From positions 1,038 through 65,037 of the forward strand of contig CAWEYI010000028.1 in the NCBI GenBank assembly GCA_963813205.1: DNA of 64,000 bases, read 5' to 3'. A program made the translations under genes and the position numbers. Origin of the DNA: an uncultured Acidobacteriaceae bacterium. GTDB lineage: Bacteria > Acidobacteriota > Terriglobia > Terriglobales > Acidobacteriaceae. Below the pieces are notes generated by a model. That model did not search any database and had not been told where the DNA came from. It was given only the letters and a program-made list of their open reading frames with translations. Positions 28,392 to 39,627 of the stretch are shown in pieces (within the stretch, counting starts at the first letter, position 1; every line of letters begins with the position of its first letter).

Positions 28392-29252
28392 CTACTGCCA
28401 CACCCCCGTAATCGTCGTCACCGACGAACTCTTCCCAACATAAGGAAGCCCATACATCGCCTCCAAGGTTCGCAACACGTTGTAGTGCGATATCTTCACG
28501 CTATATTTTCCAGGCTTGACCATCGGCCCCACAAAGATCGTCGGAATCTTATTGACGGTCGTGTCATCGTCCTCATCCCACGTAACGATCAGCAGACTAT
28601 TATTCTTCTTCGCCCAGGTCACATACTCCTGCAAGTGAGCCTGTAGCCAGCTATCCCCCTGCTGAATCGTCCCATCATGCATGTCATCTTCGAGATCAGG
28701 AATCACCCAGGAGATCGTAGGCAGATCGGCAAAGTCGCCAGGAAATTTGGTGAAAGGCAGATTGTCTTTCGATGGAACGTCGGAAAAATCCGTCCACGGA
28801 GAATGCTTGCGCGCATATTCGCCCGAGTCGCAAACCTCCGATCCCTCAGACGGCAGTCCCTCGGAAAATCCGGTAAAGGACTTGCCAGCCGCAATCAGCT
28901 CACTTCCTAAATTCGCCGCCGAGAATTCGTGCGGGCACGAGTCGCTGGTCACCCCCTGCGTCGAGCCAGAAAACAATGCCAGATAATTCGGCTGGCTCGG
29001 ATGCGTGATGGCATAAGACTCCGTGAACAAAGCCCCTTCGCTAGCCAGCGTGTTGATATAAGGAGCCTCCGGCGATCCGATAATCTGTGAGTAGGCGTGA
29101 TTCTCTTCCATCACGACCACTACATGCGCTGGTCGCGGCAGGCTCTGCGCGCGTGCATTAGAGACGACAATGAATATTGCGAAGCAAGTAATCGCTGCAA
29201 AAACCGCCCACGAGAATTTCGGACAGCAGAATTTCCGCCTGATGACTTTCAT
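28392..29252 (-). CDS. Secreted phosphoesterase-family protein (AcpA/PLC-like acid phosphatase fold)
   Basis: VVVVMEENHAYSQIIGS, APYINTLASEGALF, HPSQPNYLALFSGS. Confidence 0.75.
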   Translation of the reverse strand: MKVIRRKFCCPKFSWAVFAAITCFAIFIVVSNARAQSLPRPAHVVVVMEENHAYSQIIGSPEAPYINTLASEGALFTESYAITHPSQPNYLALFSGSTQGVTSDSCPHEFSAANLGSELIAAGKSFTGFSEGLPSEGSEVCDSGEYARKHSPWTDFSDVPSKDNLPFTKFPGDFADLPTISWVIPDLEDDMHDGTIQQGDSWLQAHLQEYVTWAKKNNSLLIVTWDEDDDTTVNKIPTIFVGPMVKPGKYSVKISHYNVLRTLEAMYGLPYVGKSSSVTTITGVWQ

Positions 29253-29394
29253 AGATTTAAGTTTTCAGCTTTCCTGGATTGGACGGTGGCGGACGTCTAT
29301 TTTCTTAGTTTAAGTATAAGCCGGCCCGAGAGGGAAGGAGCCGCCATGCCGCAGAAATGCCTCTAGATTTATTCCGCCTTGAGCCTTTTTGCAA

Positions 29395-31860
29395 CTATTG
29401 TGATCTCTTGGCCAAAAAATCATCCCGGCAATTCTTCGCTTCTGAGACCAGCTCCGCAAACTCCGGCGTCCCCCGCAGCTTCGCCCATGACGAATCATTC
29501 TGCAGGCCCGCGTAAGCGCAAAAGTGATTGGCAACTGAACTCTTCAGCATATTCATCGCCAGCTCCTTCTGAGCGCAGAAGAGAATGTCCTGGGCAGCCA
29601 CGTAACGCACCTCAGGATCGGGGTCGGCCAAAATCGCGGCCGCCGCGGCGTGTGACTGTTGAACGCTGTCCTCTGACGATGGGTTATTCGTACAGGTAAT
29701 CATTAACCGGGCCCAGGGTAGGTCGTGAAAGTTTTGCGCTATTTCCTTGGCCTTCGCCAATTGCCCACCGCGAATGTACTCCCGCATCGTGTTGCTCGAG
29801 GACCACTCGGTCCCGGCATCGAGTTGCAGGAATTGTATGGCGCGCGCGTAGTTGCCCAGCTGATCGAATGTGAAAGAGCAGGAGCGGAAGCGATAATTTC
29901 CCGGATCCAAAGACAGCGCGGTGTCGCACTCGTGGGCGGACTCCTCGACGGCCCCGCCGTAGCGAAGCACGTAGGAGAGAGCGAAGTGGGCATACGCATT
30001 CTCCGGATGCCGCGCCAGCAAGGCTTTCCCGCTCTGATAAGCCTTGATTACCTCCCCTCGTTCCACCTCGCCAAGCATCATTTCAGCCGCCGGATCAATG
30101 TAGTCGGGATCGAGAGACAATGCTCTGGAGAACGCGGCGACCCCGCGCTGAAAGGCCGCATCCCCACCGTCCGCGTAAGCAGAATCGTAATGGTAGCGAA
30201 CTCCGAGAGCATTCCACGCGGGCGCGTAGTTTGGGTCGAGCCCCACCGCACGCTCCAGCATCGTGATCGCCTCCTTGTTAGGAGCCGGATCATGCGGTAT
30301 CGCAATACTGCGCAGGTATAAATCGTAAGCCTCTTCATTCTTGGGCCGCGTCGCGCCATCCCCGGAATCCGTTCCCACCCCCAGCGCCGGAACAAGTTCC
30401 TGCCGCACCTTGGCCGTAATCTGCCCACGCATCGCAATCATGTCCGGCGCAGCCACAGTCATCGTGTCGCGCCAGATCGTTCGATTGTCCGCAATGTCAA
30501 TCGCTTCGAGAGTGATCTGCAGCTGCGAACCTTCCTTCAGAAAATGTCCGGTCACCACATCGGTCACGTGCATCGCATGACCGGCCTCCTGCAAATCAAC
30601 CGAGGGCGAATCATACTTCTGCGTCGTCGCAAACGGACGGATCGTCAGGTCACGCACATAACTCAGCGAGGTCGCAATTTCATCCGCCAGCGCCAGCCGG
30701 AGAAAATCCAGATCCTTGTCTGCTCCCAAATTTTGCAAGGGAAGCACAGCCAGAGTTCGCGGCGCAGCGGATCCCGCGGCAGGCGCAGTCCGGTGCCGCA
30801 TCTGCCACAATATAAAACCCAACACAATCGCCGCCACCGCTCCAGCGGCCAGCGCAATCTTTCCGTAGGTCCACTTGGACGCCGCAATCGTCACTACCCC
30901 GCTCTGTGCCACTGCGCTGCGCTGTCCGGAACTTGCCGCAGCTGCTGCGGCACCGGCCGCGCTTCCCGCATCCATCGGCAGCTGGCTCCGTCCCGAGTCC
31001 GTGTCCCGCTTCAATCTCTGCAGATCGCTGCGCATCTCCGACGCGTGTTGGTAGCGCAGCCCCGCATCTTTCTCCAGCGCCTTGTTGATGATCTCTTCCA
31101 GCCGTGCAGGAACATCGTGATTCAGCCGCACCGCCGGCACCGGCGCGCGATTCATGATAGCTTCGCAAATTACTGCCGAACTTTCCCCGTGAAAGGGAAC
31201 ATCGCCCGTAGCCATCTCATACAGCACGGCGCCAAACGAAAACAGATCGCTGCGCGCATCCAGTTCGCGCCCGCGCACCTGTTCCGGCGACATATAGGCC
31301 ACCGTCCCCAACATCGTTCCGGGGCTGGTTAGGTGAGGTTCATCCAAAGTCTGCGCGTTATCACTCACGCCTTTCGCACCGCCGCGCCCGGCTCCTACTT
31401 TCGCCAGACCAAAGTCCAGAATCTTGGCGTGTCCGCGTTTGGTTACAAAGATATTTGCCGGCTTAATGTCGCGATGCACAATGCCTTCCGCGTGGGCTGC
31501 GTCCAGCGCATCTGCAATTTCAATCGCCACGTTCAGCAGCATGTCGTTGTCCATCGGTCGCGAACCGATGGCATGCTTCAGCGTGCGCCCGTCCAGGAAC
31601 TCCATCGCAATGAATGCTTGGCCGTCGTGCTCGTCAATCTCGTAGATGGTGCAGATATTGGGATGATTTAACGCGGATGCCGCCTGCGCCTCGCGTTGAA
31701 AGCGGGCCAGCGATTGCGGATCTTTGGCAACTTCATCCGGCAGAAATTTCAGCGCGACAAAGCGCCGCAGCTTCAGGTCTTCTGCCTTATAAACCACGCC
31801 CATTCCACCACCGCCCAGCTTTTCAACCAGTCGGTAGTGGGAGATAGTTTGCCCAATCAT
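29395..31860 (-). CDS. Ser/Thr protein kinase with TM segment and C-terminal TPR-like domain
   Basis: Kinase subdomains [36 protein letters not shown]. Hydrophobic helix [17 protein letters not shown]. 821 aa. Confidence 0.9.
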   Translation of the reverse strand: MIGQTISHYRLVEKLGGGGMGVVYKAEDLKLRRFVALKFLPDEVAKDPQSLARFQREAQAASALNHPNICTIYEIDEHDGQAFIAMEFLDGRTLKHAIGSRPMDNDMLLNVAIEIADALDAAHAEGIVHRDIKPANIFVTKRGHAKILDFGLAKVGAGRGGAKGVSDNAQTLDEPHLTSPGTMLGTVAYMSPEQVRGRELDARSDLFSFGAVLYEMATGDVPFHGESSAVICEAIMNRAPVPAVRLNHDVPARLEEIINKALEKDAGLRYQHASEMRSDLQRLKRDTDSGRSQLPMDAGSAAGAAAAAASSGQRSAVAQSGVVTIAASKWTYGKIALAAGAVAAIVLGFILWQMRHRTAPAAGSAAPRTLAVLPLQNLGADKDLDFLRLALADEIATSLSYVRDLTIRPFATTQKYDSPSVDLQEAGHAMHVTDVVTGHFLKEGSQLQITLEAIDIADNRTIWRDTMTVAAPDMIAMRGQITAKVRQELVPALGVGTDSGDGATRPKNEEAYDLYLRSIAIPHDPAPNKEAITMLERAVGLDPNYAPAWNALGVRYHYDSAYADGGDAAFQRGVAAFSRALSLDPDYIDPAAEMMLGEVERGEVIKAYQSGKALLARHPENAYAHFALSYVLRYGGAVEESAHECDTALSLDPGNYRFRSCSFTFDQLGNYARAIQFLQLDAGTEWSSSNTMREYIRGGQLAKAKEIAQNFHDLPWARLMITCTNNPSSEDSVQQSHAAAAAILADPDPEVRYVAAQDILFCAQKELAMNMLKSSVANHFCAYAGLQNDSSWAKLRGTPEFAELVSEAKNCRDDFLAKRSQ

Positions 31861-31900
31861 TCGAGAAGAATGCTACGTGGCCAATTTGGGCAAGTCAATG

Positions 31901-31980
31901 AACCACAAAGGACAAAAAGTGTCACGTCGGTCTTCATCGGAAGGTTTCCTTCGTGTAACTTCGTGTCCTTCGTGGTTAAA
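31901..31980. repeat. Family C repeat copy
   Basis: AACCACAAAGGACAAAAAGTGTCACG...CCTTCGTGTAACTTCGTGTCCTTCGTGGTTAAA, 40-120 nt upstream of the kinase start. Confidence 0.6.
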
Positions 31981-32017
31981 CGGTCTTTCGAATTGACGAC
32001 TATCACGCCGCAATCGA

Positions 32018-32545
32018 TTACACTTTCTCGATCGCAACTTTCTTGAGCACCACATCCTTATTCGGCTTGTCCTGGCGTCCGCGCGGAGCTTCGGAAATTT
32101 TCTTCACGATATCCTGACCTTCGACTACTTCACCGAAGATCGTGTGCTTACCGGTCAGCCAGGTCGTAGGCGCAACCGTGATAAAAAATTGCGAACCATT
32201 CGTGTTCGGACCGGAATTCGCCATCGCCAAAATTCCAGGCCTGTCGAGCTTATGCGGCGAGCCCTTCGTCTCATCTTCAAACTGATATCCCGGCCCTCCC
32301 ATGCCGGTGCCCTGCGGATCGCCTCCCTGAATCATGAAGTCCGGAATCACCCGATGAAAAATCGTTCCATCATAAAGGCGGTCTGTCGATTTCTTGCGCG
32401 TCGAGGGATGCGTCCACTCCCGCTTGCCCTCGGCAAGTTCCACAAAATTGGCTACAGTTTTCGGCGCTTCTTTTTCAAAGAGCCGGCATACGACATTTCC
32501 TTCGCTAGTCTCAAGTGTGGCGTAAAGTCCCGGTTGGCGAGTCAT
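32018..32545 (-). CDS. Peptidyl-prolyl cis-trans isomerase, cyclophilin type (cytoplasmic)
   Basis: FHRVIPDFMIQGGDP, ANSGPNTNGSQFFIT. Confidence 0.9.
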   Translation of the reverse strand: MTRQPGLYATLETSEGNVVCRLFEKEAPKTVANFVELAEGKREWTHPSTRKKSTDRLYDGTIFHRVIPDFMIQGGDPQGTGMGGPGYQFEDETKGSPHKLDRPGILAMANSGPNTNGSQFFITVAPTTWLTGKHTIFGEVVEGQDIVKKISEAPRGRQDKPNKDVVLKKVAIEKV

Positions 32546-32673
32546 GGATTCCTTTCAGTATTGTTCTTGCCTTATGTAACGACAGCTCCCCAAGCCTGCC
32601 CTGAGCGTAGTCGAAGGGACTGTCCAGCCTGGCAGAGCCAGGCAATTACATGAAGTAAAAGTAATGAGTGTCG

Positions 32674-33372
32674 TTACTCCGGCTTGGTTGCTGCCGCCGC
32701 GGGCTTTTTCGCCGGCGTCGCGGACTTCGCTGCCGGCCCCGCCCGCACAATCTTAATGTGAATAATCTTTACGGGACGAAACGGCCGGTCATTATTTGGA
32801 TCAGTCGCCATGTGCGCGATTTCTTTCACCAACGCAACCGTTGCATCATCGCACTGTCCAAAGATCGTGTAGTTCCCGTCAAGATGCGGAGTGGCTACCT
32901 CTGTGATAAAAAACTGCGAACCATTCGTATCCGGCCCAGCGTTCGCATAAGCAAGTCTTCCCGGTTTATCGAACGTCAGATCGGAGGAAACCTCATTCTT
33001 AAACTTATACCCCGGATCGCCCGACCCATCGCCTTTCGGATCTCCTCCCTGAATCATGAACCCGGGAATCACCCGATGAAAAATTGTCCCATCGTAAAGC
33101 GGCACTCCATGTTTGGTGCCGCCGCTGGCCGGATTCTTCCAGTCCTTTGTCCCCGTGGCCAGCCCAATAAAATTCTGCACGCCGGTCGGTGCCTTGTCAG
33201 GAAACAAAGTGCAAGTCATGTTTCCCACGCTGGTTTGAATAATCGCCGTAGGCTCGCCCGTCGCCGCGCGATGCACCGGAGGCTTGGCGGGTGCAGCACT
33301 CTGAGAATTCGTCTGAGTAAACGCCATCGCTGCAGTGAATAGCAGAACGCCGGCAAGAAAAACATTACGCAT
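32674..33372 (-). CDS. Peptidyl-prolyl cis-trans isomerase, cyclophilin type (secreted, Ala/Lys/Pro-rich tail)
   Basis: Signal peptide MRNVFLAGVLLFTAAMAFTQ. FHRVIPGFMIQGGDP, ANAGPDTNGSQFFIT. Confidence 0.9.
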   Translation of the reverse strand: MRNVFLAGVLLFTAAMAFTQTNSQSAAPAKPPVHRAATGEPTAIIQTSVGNMTCTLFPDKAPTGVQNFIGLATGTKDWKNPASGGTKHGVPLYDGTIFHRVIPGFMIQGGDPKGDGSGDPGYKFKNEVSSDLTFDKPGRLAYANAGPDTNGSQFFITEVATPHLDGNYTIFGQCDDATVALVKEIAHMATDPNNDRPFRPVKIIHIKIVRAGPAAKSATPAKKPAAAATKPE

Positions 33373-33466
33373 GATTGCTCCTCGCGTAGCGAACGCGCAC
33401 GAAATGTTAAACGCAACGTTGCATTGTACGACAGGGAACTAGCGCAGGAGAAGCGGCCGATGCCAT

Positions 33467-34733
33467 TTAATACTGCGGTGCCTGCATTTCCTTGCTCACA
33501 CGCTCGACCTGTCCGAATACTCTCAGTAAATTCCCGCCGAGAATTTTCTTGATGTCCTCAGCGCTATATCCGCGATCCAGTAACCCTTGTCGTAATCTTG
33601 GGCAAATCCGCCGCCGAATCCATCCCCTGCGGCGTCGCCCCGCTCACGCCGTCAAAGTCCGATCCCAGCCCCACATGATCCACTCCCGCAACTTTGGCAA
33701 TGTGATCTATATGGTCGATCAACACGCTGAACGGCGGACGCGGGATCTTCGCCATCCATTCCCGCTCAATGCGGTCAATCTCAATGTAGCTGACCGGTTT
33801 GCCCTGCGCCTTCAGTGAATCAATATATTTCTGAATTGCCGCCGCCTGATCCCTGGCCTGAGCCTGCTCAGCCTTGCGAAAATTCTCATCGTCGAAGCCG
33901 GAGAAAAAGTTCACCTGCACCACGCCGCCATTCTTTGCCACCGCGCGCAACATGTCATCGGTCATATTCCGCGGCGCATCCACCAGCGCTCGCGCCGATG
34001 AGTGCGAAGCAATCACCGGAGCCTTCGTCGTGGCAATGGCGTCCCAAAACGTCTTGTCGGCCACATGCGAGATATCGACCATCATCCCCAGCCGGTTCAT
34101 CTCCAGCACTACCTGCTTGCCGAAATCCGTTAGCCCGTTGTGATGCTGAATCTTCGGATCGTCAATGTCGCCAGAGGAATCCGCCCACTCATTCGTGTTC
34201 GACCACGAGAGCGTCATGTAGCGCACGCCCAGCCGGTAATAATCGCGCAGCAGATGCATGTCGTTCTCGATCGAATGTCCGCCTTCGATTCCCATCAGCG
34301 CGGCCAGTTTGTGTTCGCGGTGCGCGCGCTCAATGTCAGCGACTGAAAACGCCATCATCATGCGGTCCGGATGTCGCGCCGCCTGCTCATAAACCGAATC
34401 GATCAGATCGAACGTATGCTGCGCGAAATGTCCCTGATTCGTCTCCGGATCCACCCAGATAGAAAAGAACTCCGCTCCCAAATTACCGCGCCGCACCTTA
34501 TCGAGACTCAGATGGCCAACATCATTCGGATCGGTTGATCCGATGTCGAAGCCCTCGTCGAGAAACCGTTGCGGCGTATCCGCGTGAGTATCCACCACAA
34601 TGGCTGACCTTTGGATCGCTAGCGCCTGTGCGCTGACCGACGGTCCGGAAGGTTTTGTGGAATTTGTAGCTTGCCCTGCCGAAAATGTAGCCAGGGCCGT
34701 GCACGAAAACAAAATAATGCCGAAACGAGTCAT
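33467..34733 (-). pseudogene. Membrane dipeptidase (peptidase M19), C-terminus displaced by a frameshift near 33590
   Basis: VVDTHADTP, SIENDMHLL and MVDISH motifs. The ORF stops at 33564 after ...DLPKITTRVTGSRI*. The next frame reads QGLLDRGYSAEDIKKILGGNLLRVFGQVERVSKEMQAPQY* (the canonical M19 end) down to 33467. Confidence 0.8.
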
Positions 34734-34807
34734 AAATGTTATAGGTTGCAGAATCTCGATTGAACGCGAGCACGATTGTATAGGAAAGCGCCGCCCGGCA
34801 ATGCCTT

Positions 34808-35317
34808 TCAGCGAAGCGCCGCGAGCGCCTGCTGCACACATTCTTCAATCGGCTTATCGGTATCGATCACGGTCTTCGGCAAAGTGATGGCCTCGAATCT
34901 CGCCCGCACTTCCAGATAAAGTTGAAAGTCTCGATTTGCCGCCGGATGCTCCAGACCCTTGTCTTCAAATCGCCGCTTTACCACTTCCTCCGCGCACACG
35001 CATTCTAGAATCCGCCATTCCTGATGCAGGGACTCGGCGACGTTCGCAACGTTCTCGATCTGATAGCGTCGGGAAAATGGCCGCCCATCCAGAAAAATGA
35101 TTCGCTCTCGATTCTGCTGGAACAGAAAGCCCGCGGTCTCCAGCATAACCTGCAAACAGAAATCATCCTGCCGTGAAGAATATTCAATTTCTTCCGCGGA
35201 AAATAGTGCATGGCGCACTTCATCTTTGCTCAACACGCGACCTGACATTCGCGCCGCCAGTTCTCGTGCCAACGTGGTTTTGCCGGCCCCAGGTAAGCCT
35301 GCCATCATCACGATCAT
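34808..35317 (-). CDS. P-loop ATPase/kinase (AAA_33-like)
   Basis: Walker A MAGLPGAGKTTLAREL at the N-terminus. 169 aa. Confidence 0.65.
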   Translation of the reverse strand: MIVMMAGLPGAGKTTLARELAARMSGRVLSKDEVRHALFSAEEIEYSSRQDDFCLQVMLETAGFLFQQNRERIIFLDGRPFSRRYQIENVANVAESLHQEWRILECVCAEEVVKRRFEDKGLEHPAANRDFQLYLEVRARFEAITLPKTVIDTDKPIEECVQQALAALR

Positions 35318-35446
35318 CGTCTCATTAAAGCATGATCCTTCCAGCCCGCAGACACGTTTCGTGAATCCTGCCAGTCCGCGAACTCATCCATTCGAAAAGC
35401 GACACGTCTTTCTGAATCAAATGAGTTTCTATCACAGGAGGCAGCA

Positions 35447-35833
35447 ATGCCGCTGGTAAGAATTTCGTTGCGCGAAGGGAAGTCGGAACAATACAAAAAA
35501 GCTCTGGCCGATGGCGTCCACCGCGCCATGGTGGAAGGCGCCTCCGTTCCTGAGCAGGACAGATTCCAGGTGATCACCGAACACCCGGCCGGCGGCCTGA
35601 TCTACGATCCTACCTACCTGGGAATACAGCGCACCGACGACGTCGTCTTCGTCCAAATCACGCTCTCCACCGGCCGCAAACTGGGACAGAAAAAGAAGCT
35701 GTTTCAACGCATGGCGGAAATTCTCGCAGAGAATCCAGGCCTGCGGCCGCAGGATCTCGTGATCAATTTAGTGGAAGTTGCCTGGGAGAACTGGTCGTTC
35801 GGCAACGGCGAAGCGCAATATGCCGTCGGATGA
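35447..35833 (+). CDS. Tautomerase-superfamily protein (Pro-1)
   Basis: Starts MPLVRISLREGKS..., with two beta-alpha-beta halves. 128 aa. Confidence 0.7.
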   Translation: MPLVRISLREGKSEQYKKALADGVHRAMVEGASVPEQDRFQVITEHPAGGLIYDPTYLGIQRTDDVVFVQITLSTGRKLGQKKKLFQRMAEILAENPGLRPQDLVINLVEVAWENWSFGNGEAQYAVG

Positions 35834-35834
35834 G

Positions 35835-36611
35835 TTAGTTCGATGCCGCGGCGTCAGCCGTTACCGCTGCGGGTTCTGGACGCTCCATCGGAACAATATC
35901 CTGCGACTCGCGCCAATCCGCGTAGCGCCCGGAAACCATAATATGGAACACCCACTGATGCCGTTCTTCTTCCGGTTCCACCAGGCCCAAAGCCTTCATG
36001 TAGAACAGATAATGCTCCATCCAGTGAATCTGCTCCTGCGTCATCCCACGCCGCTGCAGGTCGACCGTCAATCCCGCCAGATGGGATGATGCCGTATCTC
36101 CCTCAAACGGAGCCGCATTCCGATTGTGCCGCCGCAATTTTTTCTGCACCTTCACTGTACGCACCGCAGAGTTCACCTGAATCTGCTCGTGAAAGCGGTG
36201 ATAATACGCCTGCGAAATATCCTGCACAAAGTCCCGCGTCCACGGACGGCAGTACCGCCGCGAAGGATCCAGCCGCGGATCGAAGCGCAACGACTCCCCG
36301 GCGATAATCGGTTGCAGCGCGCCACTCGCCTTCAGCGCTTCCAATTCATCGTCATCCTGAATGCGCGGCAGTTCCAGCCGGTCGACTTCCGCATTTTGTA
36401 TCAGAAGAGATTCATGCGACGGACGAAACATCGGATTCCATCGCGTCCAATGCAGCCGCGGACGCCGGAAGCGGTGGACACGCTTATGCATGCTTGCGGT
36501 GGTCGTAGCCGCAAACATCGGGCTGCCCATCGAGGCCAGAAATAAAAACAATATCAAGCGGCGCTGCAATCGTGATTTCAGAAATTCTCCGTAGCCGGCC
36601 ACAGTGCTCAA
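35835..36611 (-). CDS. Hypothetical secreted protein with VanY/M15-like metallopeptidase motif
   Basis: Hydrophobic N-terminus LILFLFLASMGSPMFA. SSHLAGLTVDL resembles the H-x(3)-G-x-A-x-D zinc site of D-Ala-D-Ala carboxypeptidase-type folds. Assignment is tentative. Confidence 0.45.
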   Translation of the reverse strand: MSTVAGYGEFLKSRLQRRLILFLFLASMGSPMFAATTTASMHKRVHRFRRPRLHWTRWNPMFRPSHESLLIQNAEVDRLELPRIQDDDELEALKASGALQPIIAGESLRFDPRLDPSRRYCRPWTRDFVQDISQAYYHRFHEQIQVNSAVRTVKVQKKLRRHNRNAAPFEGDTASSHLAGLTVDLQRRGMTQEQIHWMEHYLFYMKALGLVEPEEERHQWVFHIMVSGRYADWRESQDIVPMERPEPAAVTADAAASN

Positions 36612-36967
36612 CCCCGCGACTGTCCGGTCATTCTAAGCCATGCTGTCAAGCCGTCCAACCAATCCTCGAAGAACAGCCGTTACCAGCGTTATCTGGGGCC
36701 ATCTCCAACCGCTGGTTACCTCATGGTTACCATGCCAGCCCCGCAACGGATGCACTGGAAATAGAGCACGCCAAACTCCATCCATGATCGCAGAATTACG
36801 GTTAACTCATGTGCTAACCCAGCAACCAGTTAGCGCTCATTAGATACAGGGCGGGGCGGCTCAGTTGTTGCGCGAGTGACAAAAATCGGCGCTGGCAAAG
36901 CGAAAAACCGCGCAGAACCCGCGCAAATTCCGCTTTTTCAGAGTTTTGATTTACGAGAAATTCCCGG

Positions 36968-37717
36968 TCAGCTCCGGAAAAGGTCGCCCAAAGCCTGCTT
37001 CATCACGTCTCCACCCACCTTGGAGATCGCTTTGGTCAGAGGAATATCCTTGGGGCAAACCTCCACGCAGTTCTGCGCGTAGCCGCATTCCTGAATGCCG
37101 CCATCGCCCATCAGCGCCGCCAGCCGCTCGCGCTGCAGCTCCTTGCCCGTGGGATGCATATTAAACAACCGCACCTGCGCAATCGTAGCCGCGCCCACGA
37201 ATCCCGTCTCTTCGTTAAATTGCGGACAAGCCTCCATGCAGCACGTGCACGATATGCACCGCGAAAGCGGATAAGCCTGCTCCTGCTCCTCCGGACTTAC
37301 CCGCGGGCCCGGCCCCAGGCTATAAGTTCCATCGATCGGAACCCACGCCTTCACGATTTTCAAATTCTCAAAAATCACGCTGCGATCCGTAGCCAGGTCG
37401 CGCACGACAGGGAACTTGGAAAACGGCTCCAACTTCACCGGCTGCTCGAGATTATCAATCAAAGCCGAGCAAGCCATGCGCGCTCGTCCATTGATCAGCA
37501 TGGCGCACGACCCGCAAACTTCCTCGAGGCAATTCGAATCGTAGGTAATGGGCGTGGTCTGTCTGCCATCACGCGTCACGGGATTCGCTGCGATCTCCAT
37601 CAACGAGGAGATCACGTTCATTCCCGGGTGGTGGGCAAGTTCGAACTCCTCCCAGTAAGACTTGGAAGAAGGATTATTCTGCCGCTTGATCTTGATAATG
37701 ACGGATTTATTAGCCAT
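36968..37717 (-). CDS. sdhB: Succinate dehydrogenase/fumarate reductase iron-sulfur subunit
   Basis: Cys clusters CLEEVCGSCAMLINGR, CISCTCCMEACP, CVEVCP. Confidence 0.92.
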   Translation of the reverse strand: MANKSVIIKIKRQNNPSSKSYWEEFELAHHPGMNVISSLMEIAANPVTRDGRQTTPITYDSNCLEEVCGSCAMLINGRARMACSALIDNLEQPVKLEPFSKFPVVRDLATDRSVIFENLKIVKAWVPIDGTYSLGPGPRVSPEEQEQAYPLSRCISCTCCMEACPQFNEETGFVGAATIAQVRLFNMHPTGKELQRERLAALMGDGGIQECGYAQNCVEVCPKDIPLTKAISKVGGDVMKQALGDLFRS

Positions 37718-37750
37718 CAGTTCTGAATTCTTAACCCTAACTCAAATCCC

Positions 37751-37825
37751 TGTCATCCTGAGCGGAGCGAAGGACCTATGTACTCTGCGGGCAAATGCAC
37801 GCATCCTTCGCTCGGCTCAGGACAA
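37751..37825. repeat. Long inverted repeat (18-bp stem, one mismatch) between sdhA and sdhB
   Basis: CCTGAGCGGAGCGAAGGA ...29 nt... TCCTTCGCTCGGCTCAGG, flanked by TGTCAT / GACAA. Ends similar to the 12302-12360 element. Confidence 0.7.
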
Positions 37826-37838
37826 TCTGATTTGGATA

Positions 37839-39627
37839 TCACTTCACCGCGTCATACTTCCTCGGCCTCGGCGGAATCAGCGAAATGTCCACCGGCTCAA
37901 ACTCAAACTTAGGCTCATCCGCATCCGGCGCAAAATACGCCTTGGTTGTCTTCAAGAAATTTCTATCGTCGCGGTCGGGGAAGTCCGGTTTGTAGTGCGC
38001 CCCGCGCGATTCATCGCGCAAACGCGCTCCCTGCGCAATCACCCGCGCCAACTGCAGCATGTTATAAAGCTGCCGCGTAAACACGACGCTGGTATTTGCC
38101 CACTGCGTCCGGTCGCTCAGGTTTACTTTCCGTAAATCTTTCCAGCATCTCCACCAGCTTGGCATCCGTCTCCACCAGATTCTTGTTGTAACGGATAACC
38201 GTGCAATCTTTCGTCATCAACTCGCCCAGCTCGCGCCAGAGTCTAAACGGATTCTCCGTCCCCGAATTGTTCATCAGCAGGGAATTGCTCTCTTCCTGCT
38301 TCTTTTTCTCGGCGTCGAAAACCGCGTTGCCGTCGGGGAGCGCTTGCAGCCCCCGCGCATACTTCACCGCGTTCGGCCCAGCAATCCCTCCGCCGTAAAT
38401 GCACGATACCAGCGAGTTCGCTCCCAACCGGTTCGCTCCGTGATATTGATATTCGCACTCACCTGCGGCAAAGATTCCAGGGATATTCGTCGCCTGCTTG
38501 AAGTCGACCCACAGTCCGCCCATGGTGTAATGCATCCCAGGAAAAATCTTCATCGGCGTGTCGCGCGGGTCATCGCCCACAAACTTCTCATAGATTTCGA
38601 GAATGCCTTCCAGCTTGCGGTCGAGAATCTTGCGGTCGATGTGTGTCAGGTCGAGATAAACCATCGGCTTCCCATCTATGCCGAGGTTGTGCTCGAATAC
38701 GACCTTGAAGATGGCCCGCGTAGCGATATCGCGCGGCACCAGGTTGCCGTACTTCGGATACCACTCTTCGAGGAAGTACCAGCGCTCTTTCTCCGGAATC
38801 GATTTCGGATCGCGCTTGTCCCCCGCCGTTTTCGGAACCCAGACTCGTCCGCCCTCGCCGCGCGCCGATTCTGACATAAGCCGCAGCTTGTCTTCGCCGG
38901 GAATGCAGGTGGGGTGCACCTGAATGAATTCGCCGTTGGCGTAATAACAACCCTGCTGATACAAGGCCGACTGCGCCGATCCGGTGCACACCACCGAATT
39001 CGTCGACTTCCCAAAGATGGCCCCATTGCCTCCTGTCGCGATGATGATGGCATCGGCGGGAAACGTTCTAACTTCCATGCTGCGCAAATCCATCGCGCAA
39101 ATCCCGCGGCAGACGCGATTTCCATCGAGCACAGCCGAAAGAAATTCCCAGTGCTCGTACTTTTTTACTTTTCCTTCGGATTCATACCGCCGTACCTGCT
39201 CATCAAGCGCATAAAGAAGCTGCTGCCCGGTCGTAGCTCCTGCGAACGCCGTGCGGTTATACAAAGTCCCGCCAAAGCGCCGAAAATCCAGCAAGCCCTC
39301 CGGAGTGCGATTGAAGGGAACGCCCATGCGGTCGAGCAGATCGATAATGCCCGGCGCCGCCTCGCACATATCCTTCACCGGCGGCTGGTTCGCCAGAAAA
39401 TCGCCGCCATAAACTGTGTCGTCAAAATGCTGCCAGGTGGAATCGCCCTCGCCCTTCAGATTCTTCGCCGCGTTAATGCCGCCCTGTGCGCACACCGAAT
39501 GCGATCTCTTTACCGGCACAATCGAAAACAGATCGACGTTCGCGCCCATCTCGGCAATTTTGATCACCGCTGAAAGTCCGGCAAGCCCGCCGCCAATCAC
39601 GATAATTTTCGGAGCTGCCATCGTCAC
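37839..39627 (-). pseudogene. sdhA: Succinate dehydrogenase/fumarate reductase flavoprotein subunit, frameshift near 38135
   Basis: VIGGGLAGLSA, HSVCAQGGINAA, RGEGGRV, HGANRLGANS in ORF 38062..39627. The conserved C-terminus ...RKVNLSDRTQWANTSVVFTRQLYNMLQLARVIAQGARLRDESRGAHYKPDFP is in ORF 37839..38165, another frame. Confidence 0.85.
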
